Virus record (IMG/VR): IMGVR_UViG_2657245660_000016
Location: 1-8,587 of that record
Source of the DNA: a virus
Lineage: Duplodnaviria; Heunggongvirae; Uroviricota; Caudoviricetes
Direction: 5' to 3' (one strand)
DNA length: 8,587 nucleotides
In this document: positions 1 through 6,590 of the stretch, one piece after another
How the letters are laid out: the number at the start of each line of letters is the position of its first letter
Position numbering within the stretch: position 1 is the stretch's first letter
The notes under the pieces: model-generated
Databases searched by the model: none
What the model saw: the letters and a program-made list of their open reading frames with translations, nothing else
Told to the model about the DNA's origin: nothing
Program-made: the position numbers and the translations under genes

Positions 1-342
1 ATGATGAAAAAAAGTATTCTGGCGTTTCTGTTACTCACCAGTTCTGCAGCGGCGCTGGCGGCACCGCAGGTGATTACCGTCAGTCGTTTTGAAGTGGGTA
101 AAGACAAATGGGCATTTAACCGCGAAGAGGTGATGCTGACTTGCCGACCGGGTAATGCTTTGTATGTTATTAATCCGAGTACCCTCGTGCAGTATCCTTT
201 AAACGATATCGCACAAAAGGAAGTTGCCAGTGGGAAGACTAAAGCCCAACCCATTTCGGTGATTCAGATTGATGATCCTAACAATCCCGGCGAAAAAATG
301 AGTCTGGCACCGTTTATAGAACGAGCTGAAAAACTCTGTTAA
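1..342 (+). CDS. yebY: Small periplasmic protein with N-terminal signal peptide, DUF2511/YebY-like (113 aa)
   Basis: Complete ORF from position 1 to TAA at 340-342. The N-terminus [23 protein letters not shown] is a typical Sec signal peptide with an AxA cleavage motif. The translation matches my recollection of E. coli YebY, which lies next to the sdsR/ryeA sRNA locus, and the sRNA-like sequence immediately downstream supports that context. Start could be either of the two leading ATGs. Confidence 0.75.
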   Translation: MMKKSILAFLLLTSSAAALAAPQVITVSRFEVGKDKWAFNREEVMLTCRPGNALYVINPSTLVQYPLNDIAQKEVASGKTKAQPISVIQIDDPNNPGEKMSLAPFIERAEKLC

Positions 343-371
343 TTACCTAAAATAGCCTTTTGATTTCCAAT

Positions 372-413
372 AAAAAAACCGCCTCAGTTCTTTCACCAGA
401 ACGGGCGGTTTTT
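372..413. terminator. Bidirectional rho-independent terminator (A-run, GC stem ACCGCC/GGCGGT, T-run)
   Basis: A7 run at 372-378, stem 378-383 pairing with 404-409, inner stem GTTCT/AGAAC, T-run 409-413. It sits 30 nt after the yebY stop and can terminate transcripts from either strand (yebY on plus, an antisense sRNA on minus). Confidence 0.65.
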
Positions 414-500
414 AACATTTAAGCTGATGACCACCGCGCTTTTTATTGACCATTTTGCACGCAAACTGGAAAACCTGGCGTCGTCATCTATTCTTAAAGG

Positions 501-603
501 GCAAGGCAACTAAGCCTGCATTAATGCCAACTTTTAGCGCACGGCTCTCTCCCAAGAGCCATTTCCCTGGACCGAATACAGGAATCGTATTCGGTCTTTT
601 TTT
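501..603 (+). ncRNA. sdsR: SdsR (RyeB)-like sigma-S-dependent small RNA
   Basis: About 100-nt ORF-free segment starting GCAAGGCAACUAAGCCUGCAUUAAUGCC. It contains three hairpins, including GGCTCT/AGAGCC at 543-560, and ends in a perfect 10-bp stem (570-579 with 587-596, loop AGGAATC) followed by a T7 run at 597-603. A -10-like CTATTCT at 488-494 sits about 7 nt upstream of the predicted 5' end. Sequence and position next to yebY match my recollection of sdsR/ryeB; not verified by search. Confidence 0.55.
570..603 (+). terminator. Intrinsic terminator of the SdsR-like sRNA
   Basis: GACCGAATAC (570-579) pairs perfectly with GTATTCGGTC (587-596); 7-nt loop; followed by TTTTTTT (597-603). Confidence 0.7.
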
Positions 604-636
604 AATTGTATTTAAAATCAATTAGTTGCAAACGTC

Positions 637-656
637 TCCCCGAAATTCCCCGAAAT
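637..656. repeat. Tandem 10-bp direct repeat TCCCCGAAAT x2 (candidate integrase arm-type binding sites)
   Basis: Exact copies at 637-646 and 647-656, followed by the related ACTCGAATTT at 659-668. They lie about 80-100 bp from the int stop, the typical position of P' arm sites in lambda-family att regions. Confidence 0.4.
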
Positions 657-734
657 TTACTCGAATTTCTGTATTCCGGTCTTTTTTGGTTATATCACAA
701 CCAAAATACATTTAACAATCCATTTACGTAAAAA

Positions 735-1811
735 TCAGAGCAGTAAGTACGTTTTTTCTCTCTCATCAAGATACAGTTTTGTTGTCTTCTCCGATGTGTG
801 ACCAAGTAGGCGCTGGGCAAATTCTTCTCCACATGTTTCTTTGTACAATCGTCCAGCCAGACTTCTGATCTCGTGAAAAGTTGGTGGGTTTTCACTGAAC
901 TGAATACCTGTTAATTTTCTGGCTGCGACAAATTTTTTTGTCAGGCCATCCGGGTGAATGCTGCCGTCAGGGCTGTTTTTTCTAATCCCGGCACTGATTA
1001 GATAATCTCCCCGGCTTACCAGGCGGCACCGTTCAACTACTGTACCAAGCCGTAGGCCAGCGACAGGAAGGCTGAGTGACAAGGGGATAGCAATCATCAT
1101 TCCTGTCTTAATTTGCCTGATGTGGAGACGATCATCATAAATATCACTGAACCGCATATTCGTTATGTCTTCGCGACGTTGTCCTGTTACAAGGGCTAAA
1201 TCCATAGCTAATGGGAACCATGCCGGAAGTTGATCTGCTGCCTCCCTGATGCAGTTGTATGTCTTTAGTTTCAGTCGTTCTCTTGTAACTACTATTTTCG
1301 GTGCTCTTGTTGGTGTTACTGGATTTTGAGATATACGTCCTTCAACAATGGCCTCGCGGAACATATCAGATAACACAGAACGCATTGATCCTGCCATCGT
1401 GTTTTTCCCTCCTTCAATCCACAAATCAAGAAACTCGGCAATATGGCGAGTGGTTATTTCTGTCAGTAAAACACCTCCTAATTTTTCTTTTATTGTCTCC
1501 AGTTGATTTACCCGAATTTTATAAGTATTTCTGGACACTTTTCTCCTTATAAGAATCGTTTTGTAACGTTCAATCCAGTCTGCCATAGTAAATGAGTCGA
1601 ACCCTTTTAGTTTTTCAATTAAGGCAGCAGGAGAGTAGTTTTTGTATATATAATGATTTGCTTCAATTGCCTGCGCTACTGCATCTCTTCTTGAAATTTT
1701 ACCTAGTGTAAATTCTTCTTTCGTCAGAGGGTTGCGCCAGTAATATGCTTTGTCCCTCCTTCGATATGTTAAGTTTTTAGGCAAATTGGGATCGTATTTT
1801 TTCCGCTGCAT
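735..1811 (-). CDS. int: Lambda-family tyrosine integrase (358 aa)
   Basis: The translation aligns by eye with lambda Int at both ends. N-terminal arm-binding region: PNLPKNLTYRR...YYWRNPLTKEEFTLG against lambda PPNLYIRNNGYYCYRDPRTGKEFGLG. C-terminal catalytic region: HEIRSLAGRLY...LLGHTSEKTTKLYLDERE against lambda HELRSLSARLY...LLGH, including the tyrosine-containing tail. The 3' end faces the att region. Confidence 0.93.
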   Translation of the reverse strand: MQRKKYDPNLPKNLTYRRRDKAYYWRNPLTKEEFTLGKISRRDAVAQAIEANHYIYKNYSPAALIEKLKGFDSFTMADWIERYKTILIRRKVSRNTYKIRVNQLETIKEKLGGVLLTEITTRHIAEFLDLWIEGGKNTMAGSMRSVLSDMFREAIVEGRISQNPVTPTRAPKIVVTRERLKLKTYNCIREAADQLPAWFPLAMDLALVTGQRREDITNMRFSDIYDDRLHIRQIKTGMMIAIPLSLSLPVAGLRLGTVVERCRLVSRGDYLISAGIRKNSPDGSIHPDGLTKKFVAARKLTGIQFSENPPTFHEIRSLAGRLYKETCGEEFAQRLLGHTSEKTTKLYLDEREKTYLLL

Positions 1812-2058
1812 GTTTTAACTTCTCCAGTAACGGACTGTCTCTCCCTTGTCGCCCATTAGGCTGATGGTGTGTTATATCGGTATCAACCTTATTTGGGTTG
1901 ATATAGAAAGCTTCCGGAACCACCCTGTAACTCCTCCCGTGTAGTTCAGGTGCAGGATAAATGTTTCCATTCCTTGCCCATCGTCTCAGCGTTGATATTG
2001 ATGGTGGGTTATCCGGATATCTGAGTTTTCCCCACGTTTTGAGTGTCACAAGATTCAT
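1777..2058 (-). CDS. xis: Excisionase (lambda Xis-like, about 93 aa)
   Basis: MNLVTLKTWGKLRYPDNPPSISTLRRWARNGNIYPAPELHGRSY parallels lambda Xis MYLTLQEWNARQRRPRSLETVRRWVRECRIFPPPVKDGREY. I place the start at the third codon of the tracked ORF (ATG at 2058-2056) because the SD AGAGG is then 7 nt upstream; the tracked ATG at 2064 is too close to the SD. The 3' end overlaps int by 35 nt. Confidence 0.8.
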   Translation of the reverse strand: MNLVTLKTWGKLRYPDNPPSISTLRRWARNGNIYPAPELHGRSYRVVPEAFYINPNKVDTDITHHQPNGRQGRDSPLLEKLKHAAEKIRSQFA

Positions 2059-2168
2059 TGCCATACCTCTTACGATATGACCGCCAGCCAGTAAATATAC
2101 AGAATACTGGCGGGTGTGGTTGATTTTTAATAATCAGCTATGAAGTTCTAATTTGTATATAATGCAAC

Positions 2169-2357
2169 TCACGAGGACAGAAGTTTCTCGCAATTAAAAT
2201 TTATCAGCTTTACTTTCTGCTCTCTGGACACGCCTGCTTCTTTTTTCCCTGAGAGCATTTTTTCGCATTCTGATTTCGTTAATTTAGATTTTGAATATCT
2301 TGTCCAGTTAGTAGGAGTGCCACCTTCTTTTTCAATAGTGGCAGTTATTTTATACAT
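2169..2357 (-). CDS. ydaC: Small prophage protein, YdaC-like (DUF1187-type), 62 aa
   Basis: Start moved to the internal ATG at 2357-2355, which has a strong SD (GGAGGTG, 5-nt spacing). This start overlaps the ralR stop by 8 nt (ralR ...CAT GTA TAA; ydaC ATG TAT AAA), indicating translational coupling. The position between xis and ralR matches Rac gene order. Family assignment is from memory. Confidence 0.65.
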   Translation of the reverse strand: MYKITATIEKEGGTPTNWTRYSKSKLTKSECEKMLSGKKEAGVSREQKVKLINFNCEKLLSS

Positions 2358-2544
2358 GAACACCTCCATTATTATTTCCAGTGGTTCGTTTATTCCATCT
2401 TTCGAGTGCTTCTTTTTCACTTCCACCATAACCGGTTCGGGATTCGCATCCGTTACACTTCGCTCGGTAATATCCTGAAATGGCTTTCACCGTTACTGAT
2501 GGACAACCACAAAATGGACATGGTTTAACATTGTCATATCTCAT
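2350..2544 (-). CDS. ralR: RalR / Lar-family restriction-alleviation protein, DNase toxin of the RalR/RalA type I TA pair (64 aa)
   Basis: Translation from the internal ATG at 2544: MRYDNVKPCPFCGCPSVTVKAISGYYRAKCNGCESRTGYGGSEKEALERWNKRTTGNNNGGVHV. It is Cys-rich with CPFCGC and CNGC motifs and matches my recollection of Rac RalR. The 77-aa tracked ORF is an upstream in-frame extension. Confidence 0.8.
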   Translation of the reverse strand: MRYDNVKPCPFCGCPSVTVKAISGYYRAKCNGCESRTGYGGSEKEALERWNKRTTGNNNGGVHV

Positions 2545-2600
2545 AATTTTTCTCATAAAAAATATTTCAAGTTGGCGGTGCATTACACCGCCAGGCTGAA

Positions 2601-3410
2601 TTATTCCTCTGAATTATCGATTACACTGTATTCCCCGGTTAATACAGAGGAATCTGCAGGATCGATTGTCAGTGGTTCCTTTTCATCCATTGATACTGCA
2701 CGCTGGATCTCAATTGATACGGGCAGATATTTGAACAGGCGACGAATAGCCGTTTTCTTTGCCATTTCTTCCCAGTGAGTTACCCACGGCCCGTTATTAC
2801 CAGCTTTACTCAGGCTGCGCACCAGCTCAATCTGTTTGCGCGTCATAACTTCAAACTGAGTACCTCCGTCTTTCAGTCTTGCGACAGCATAGACGTGGGT
2901 AACCGGGGCATCTTCGTTTTCTCCCGGGCGGTGTATTAACTTTTCATCAAGGCCAAATTCGAAGCTAAACTCGTCACCTTCACGGACAACACGGGCTGAC
3001 AGGCTGGCGATTTGACCAGAACGGCGAGCCAGATCAATCATGCCGCGATAGCCAATGATTAGCTGAACGTTTTTTTTACCGCTCTTTTCGTTTTTATTAC
3101 CAAAAGGCAGTAAATATGCATGACCGAGAGCGCTACCGGGCTCAAGCCCGAGCTGTGAACACTGTACGATTGCACTGACAAAACTCATAGTGTCACAGTT
3201 TTCTAACGCCGGAACTTTACGGATTTCTGTGGTGGCGATACGGATCATACGTTCAGCCGTCATATGGCGTGGAAGAGCTGTTGCCAGTTGCTCTTTCATT
3301 GATGGCTGGTTAATAAAACTAATCACGTCGTTATTTTTAATTGCTGCTGGTGCACGGTTTCCCTGAGTTTTTTGCAGATCGGCTTTTGCGATTGGTGGTT
3401 GCTTAGTCAT
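2601..3410 (-). CDS. recT: RecT single-strand annealing recombinase (269 aa)
   Basis: Translation from the internal ATG at 3410 ([21 protein letters not shown]...) matches Rac RecT essentially end to end as I recall it. SD AGGAA lies upstream. The start overlaps the recE stop by 8 nt (AATGACTAA). The 19-aa N-terminal extension in the tracked ORF is rejected. Confidence 0.95.
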   Translation of the reverse strand: MTKQPPIAKADLQKTQGNRAPAAIKNNDVISFINQPSMKEQLATALPRHMTAERMIRIATTEIRKVPALENCDTMSFVSAIVQCSQLGLEPGSALGHAYLLPFGNKNEKSGKKNVQLIIGYRGMIDLARRSGQIASLSARVVREGDEFSFEFGLDEKLIHRPGENEDAPVTHVYAVARLKDGGTQFEVMTRKQIELVRSLSKAGNNGPWVTHWEEMAKKTAIRRLFKYLPVSIEIQRAVSMDEKEPLTIDPADSSVLTGEYSVIDNSEE

Positions 3411-6072
3411 TTGCATATTCCTTAGCCCAGCGGGGCAGTGATAACGTCTTAATAGCTGGCCATTCATCGGTATTGAGGCAGTCAGCCAGGGTTCGCAGAT
3501 TGCGGTGATATTCCAGCTGACCTGCCAGTTTTGCTTCTTCGCCCATCATGAAAATTTCAACCGGATAACGTCCGCATTCAATAGTTGTGCTGGCAACCAG
3601 AAAAACGAAAGTTGGCTGCACTCCAAACTGTGCTTCATAACCGTCACTGTAGAATGCATCCTGAACGTGATAGCGGTAGTCGTAATAAGCGGTTTTGAAT
3701 CGTTGAATATCCGCCGTAGTTTTCACGTCCATGATCCAGTGAAATTCAGGGATAATTTTGTCCGGACGGCACCGACACAAAATTCCTGTTTCAGGATCTT
3801 CCCAGTAAATTGATGATTCAGCGTGTCCGGCGCTTTCAACAAGCCATTGCCCCAGCGGCAAAGCCATAACGCTTTGATACATGAGTTCAATTTTCCGGCC
3901 TTCTTCCGCAGTGATAACCGTTTTTCCTGTGCTTGCGCATTCCATCAGAAACGCTTTCTCTTCTTCTTTTCCGGCGTTTGTACGGCGATTAAATTCAGGT
4001 GCTATGATAAAGCGGTTACTGAATTCTTCCGGTTCAAGTACACGGCAGTGGAAAGCGGCTCCTAAATCGAGCGTTTTTGTCTTTGTGGTGTCCACTGGGG
4101 CATTTTTACGCCACAAATACAGAGCCGGAGTATCAGCAATGTCGTCGAGCTGAGACTTACTGACACCGGGACCAGCGTGGTAATTCTCATTCGAAATTCC
4201 GTAATAAATACCAGGCTCTATGTCTCCTGCGATTACGGGATCTGCGACTTCGCCAGTTTCGTCACTGCAATCGCGATGCGGATCGCTGCCAGCATTCTCA
4301 TTGTGCGGATGTTCAGGGCCTTCCATTTCCTCCGGATCTTTTTCCTGAGATTCATCCAGATTTTCTTCATTAAAGGTTTCCTGATACGTGGTGTCGCCCA
4401 TCACCGCGCCACAATCAGGGCAGTTGCCGCCACCGCTCTGACCGCAGGCGGCACAGACTTTTTCCGGTTCCTGTTGCGCTACTGGTTCAGATTGTTTCGT
4501 TTCTGGCTCGTTTTTCTGTGCATTTGGGCTGTTTTGTTCCGCTTTCTGGTTGTTTTGTTCCGATTCGGGCTGGTTCTGGTTCACAGAATCTCGGGTTTCA
4601 ATTCCCTTAACCCATTTCGGATCATTCGGGTCGCTAATCCCTTCAACAAATTCTCCGCGAGAGGCAGCCAGTAATTTATCTGCATCGACAGGATTTTGGG
4701 GCGGAATGTTTTTCCGGGCTTCATGGAGTTCTGCCCGCAGTTTCTGATATTTCGCATCAACAGAATTTACCTGTGACTGAGCATCCAGCGGCTGCGTGTC
4801 CTGATGATGTTCAGTTGCATCCGGTTCCACTGTTTCAGCCGTTGCCTGTTCATCTGCCATTGCGCAAGATGGTTGCAGTTTTTCTTCATCATCCTGTTTT
4901 CCTTCTTTTGTTACACGCTGCGGCATCGGGGCAGAGGAGCGACCACAGGCAATATCCACGATTTCCGGATCAGGGGTGGCATGATCGGTTTCAGTCAGCA
5001 CCTTATTCAGGTATTCGGTGACACGGTGGGGAGTAGCCTCTATACCAATTGGTGCTTCTTTCACGGACGCAACCACGATGGCGCGGGAGTAATCCTTGTG
5101 GCCCGGCATGGTGATGAATTTGCTGAAAAACACAGAAAATGGCGGTTTATTTTCAGCGATAATTTCCTCAATGCGTTTAGCGTGCGCGGGATGAAGGTTA
5201 TAAATATCCACGTCCATTGAACGGGCCAGTACGCCAGTGGCTACGTCACGCGCCACTGACGCATCATCGTGGACAAAACCTTCGCCGCGATCGGTAAGAA
5301 TGCCGCCGCCAGCGTTAGCGCCGGATGGCGTGCGGCTGATGCGTGAAACACGATTTCCTTTCATCCACTCTTTTGTAAGCAGACCGCGATCGGTGTAGTC
5401 AGCGCCCAGGTATGCTTCGATAAAAGAGGTCATCAGTCCCAGGTCCGAATTTACGGGGGCGGGGAAAACTTTGTCAGTGTCTCGCACCAGTTTGTACAAA
5501 TCCCGAATCTCCAGCGGTTCGAGTTGCACTGCTTTATTTGAGATGGCCAGCGCGGTAACGGCGGGAAGTTTTTCATCCTGTGCGTTATGTAATGCGCGCA
5601 GTTTGTCCAGTGAAACGTGCGTGAGCGGTTTTTCGCTGTTGTGTTGCGCCAGCCAGCGAACAGGCAGAATCTGACCTGAAACCGGAAGAAGCATATTCTC
5701 CTCAATCTTAGCCATGTCTTCGCCGTTGACGTTGGTATTGTCAGTACTGGCTGGTTTGTCCGGAACAGAGGGCGCGATAAGTATCATTGTGATACCATCT
5801 TCTCCGCCTTTTTCGTATCGGTTGCAGAATTCAGTATCAAACACACCTTCCGGTGGAAGGTCATTCACAACGGGTAAATGGACGCGGATGGGTTTTTTAA
5901 AATCCTCTTCGTCAAATCCGGCATCGTCCATTGCAGCAATGCAGCGTGAAACCGCAACAGAAAGTTTTTTTGCCTCTGTCCAGAAAAAGCCGCCTTTGAT
6001 GCCGAGGCGTTTTCTGGTTTTATCATTTTTCGCGTCGCAATACAGAGCGTAATTTTCTTTATCAGTACTCAT
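3403..6072 (-). CDS. recE: RecE exonuclease VIII (889 aa) with C-terminal PD-(D/E)XK nuclease domain
   Basis: The C-terminal roughly 280 aa (…[16 protein letters not shown]…[30 protein letters not shown]…[10 protein letters not shown]) matches the RecE nuclease domain as I recall it. The long N-terminal region resembles K-12 RecE but with a different extreme N-terminus. AGG SD lies 8 nt upstream of the ATG at 6072. Translationally coupled to recT. Confidence 0.92.
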   Translation of the reverse strand: MSTDKENYALYCDAKNDKTRKRLGIKGGFFWTEAKKLSVAVSRCIAAMDDAGFDEEDFKKPIRVHLPVVNDLPPEGVFDTEFCNRYEKGGEDGITMILIAPSVPDKPASTDNTNVNGEDMAKIEENMLLPVSGQILPVRWLAQHNSEKPLTHVSLDKLRALHNAQDEKLPAVTALAISNKAVQLEPLEIRDLYKLVRDTDKVFPAPVNSDLGLMTSFIEAYLGADYTDRGLLTKEWMKGNRVSRISRTPSGANAGGGILTDRGEGFVHDDASVARDVATGVLARSMDVDIYNLHPAHAKRIEEIIAENKPPFSVFFSKFITMPGHKDYSRAIVVASVKEAPIGIEATPHRVTEYLNKVLTETDHATPDPEIVDIACGRSSAPMPQRVTKEGKQDDEEKLQPSCAMADEQATAETVEPDATEHHQDTQPLDAQSQVNSVDAKYQKLRAELHEARKNIPPQNPVDADKLLAASRGEFVEGISDPNDPKWVKGIETRDSVNQNQPESEQNNQKAEQNSPNAQKNEPETKQSEPVAQQEPEKVCAACGQSGGGNCPDCGAVMGDTTYQETFNEENLDESQEKDPEEMEGPEHPHNENAGSDPHRDCSDETGEVADPVIAGDIEPGIYYGISNENYHAGPGVSKSQLDDIADTPALYLWRKNAPVDTTKTKTLDLGAAFHCRVLEPEEFSNRFIIAPEFNRRTNAGKEEEKAFLMECASTGKTVITAEEGRKIELMYQSVMALPLGQWLVESAGHAESSIYWEDPETGILCRCRPDKIIPEFHWIMDVKTTADIQRFKTAYYDYRYHVQDAFYSDGYEAQFGVQPTFVFLVASTTIECGRYPVEIFMMGEEAKLAGQLEYHRNLRTLADCLNTDEWPAIKTLSLPRWAKEYAND

Positions 6073-6152
6073 TGATAAACCTCATAACTATTTTAAGGTT
6101 GAGCGACCACCTGCCATTGCTGGCATAAATTCAGTTTCGAATAGTCAGTTAG

Positions 6153-6323
6153 TTAAAGTTCGTGTGCCATCTGGTCTTTTTCGGCACAATTTTCACTACA
6201 ATATTTTTTCATTTCCGTCGTTGGGATAACTCCACGCATGAAATGAAGTGGTCTTTTAATACTTTTGCTTTCTTCAATTCCTTTATTGCAAAGGTGATAA
6301 GCACATTTTATTTTCTTAGTCAT
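6153..6323 (-). CDS. ydaE: YdaE-like small Cys-rich (probable zinc-binding) protein, 56 aa; absent from the ORF track
   Basis: Hand translation of the minus strand gives [56 protein letters not shown], ending TAA at 6155-6153. The ATG at 6323-6321 overlaps the kilR stop (TGATG). Four Cys are arranged CxxxxC...CxxxC. Position between recE and kilR matches Rac. Confidence 0.75.
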   Translation of the reverse strand: MTKKIKCAYHLCNKGIEESKSIKRPLHFMRGVIPTTEMKKYCSENCAEKDQMAHEL

Positions 6324-6544
6324 CACCATGACTCCGCCTTTACAGGTAAACCATCACGGCCGAGGAAGACTTTAATCATGCAGTCAGAAATGCATGTTTT
6401 TGTAGTCAGGCTACGAATATAAAGTTTTCGCTTTTTAATATTGTTTGCCGAGGCGATATATGTCCGACCTTCATGAAGAACATAATCGCCAGGAGTCACA
6501 CACTGACGTGGTATTTCATCAGTTCCGAAGTGATGAGCAATCAT
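6323..6544 (-). CDS. kilR: KilR, FtsZ-targeting cell-division inhibitor (73 aa)
   Basis: 73-aa ORF ([35 protein letters not shown]...) with a strong SD AAGGAG 6 nt upstream of the ATG. Sequence and position fit Rac KilR as I recall it. Confidence 0.8.
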   Translation of the reverse strand: MIAHHFGTDEIPRQCVTPGDYVLHEGRTYIASANNIKKRKLYIRSLTTKTCISDCMIKVFLGRDGLPVKAESW

Positions 6545-6590
6545 AATTATCTCCTTAATAAATTTCTCGTATTAAGAAAATTCCAGAAAA

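Larger units (their letters stand above)
414..683 (-). ncRNA. ryeA: Candidate RyeA (SraC)-like antisense sRNA overlapping SdsR; ends approximate
   Basis: Inference. A minus-strand sigma-70-like promoter (-35 TTGTTA as plus-strand taacaa at 713-718; 17-bp spacer; -10 ATATAA as plus-strand ttatat at 690-695) predicts a start near 683. The transcript would run antisense across SdsR to the bidirectional terminator at 372-413. This matches the known bidirectional organisation of the ryeA/ryeB locus, but the ends are not determined. Confidence 0.3.

Noticed and set aside
420-603. Possible tRNA gene as the integration target
   Set aside because: No cloverleaf can be drawn: there is no acceptor-stem pairing between the ends, no T-arm GTTC motif in the right place and no CCA context. 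The stem-loops plus intrinsic terminator look like an sRNA.
695-895. Minus-strand 66-aa ORF overlapping the int 3' end
   Set aside because: It is an alternative frame across the int stop and the att/arm region, with no RBS and an implausible translation. int is the supported gene here.
1301-1552. Plus-strand 83-aa ORF inside int
   Set aside because: Antisense to the integrase coding sequence; hydrophobic low-complexity translation; no independent support.
2572-2778. Plus-strand 68-aa ORF overlapping the recT 3' end
   Set aside because: Antisense to recT, begins in the recT-ralR intergenic hairpin, and has no RBS or recognisable product.
2601-3467. Extended N-terminal starts in the tracked ORFs for recT (288 aa), ralR (77 aa), ydaC (86 aa) and xis (95 aa)
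   Set aside because: Internal ATGs have proper SD spacing, give the lengths I recall for RecT (269 aa) and RalR (64 aa), and produce the 8-nt coupled overlaps. The upstream extensions lack an RBS.
4500-4580. Short near-tandem DNA repeats as a possible CRISPR or satellite array
   Set aside because: The repeats are about 11 bp, imperfect, sit inside the recE coding frame, and encode a Q/E/N-rich linker. There is no repeat-spacer periodicity or flanking cas context.
3505-6052. Plus-strand ORFs inside recE (3505-3813, 3823-4065, 3881-4153, 4177-4674, 4550-4747, 4773-5021, 4804-5220, 5471-5674, 5714-6052) and the minus-strand out-of-frame ORF 5451-5705
   Set aside because: All lie wholly within the well-supported recE reading frame, on the antisense strand or in another frame. 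Their translations are low-complexity, Phe/Leu/Arg-rich and typical of antisense shadows, and none has a convincing RBS.
6162-6422. Plus-strand 86-aa ORF between recE and kilR
   Set aside because: It is the antisense shadow of ydaE and the kilR 3' end, both of which have proper starts, coupling and Rac synteny.
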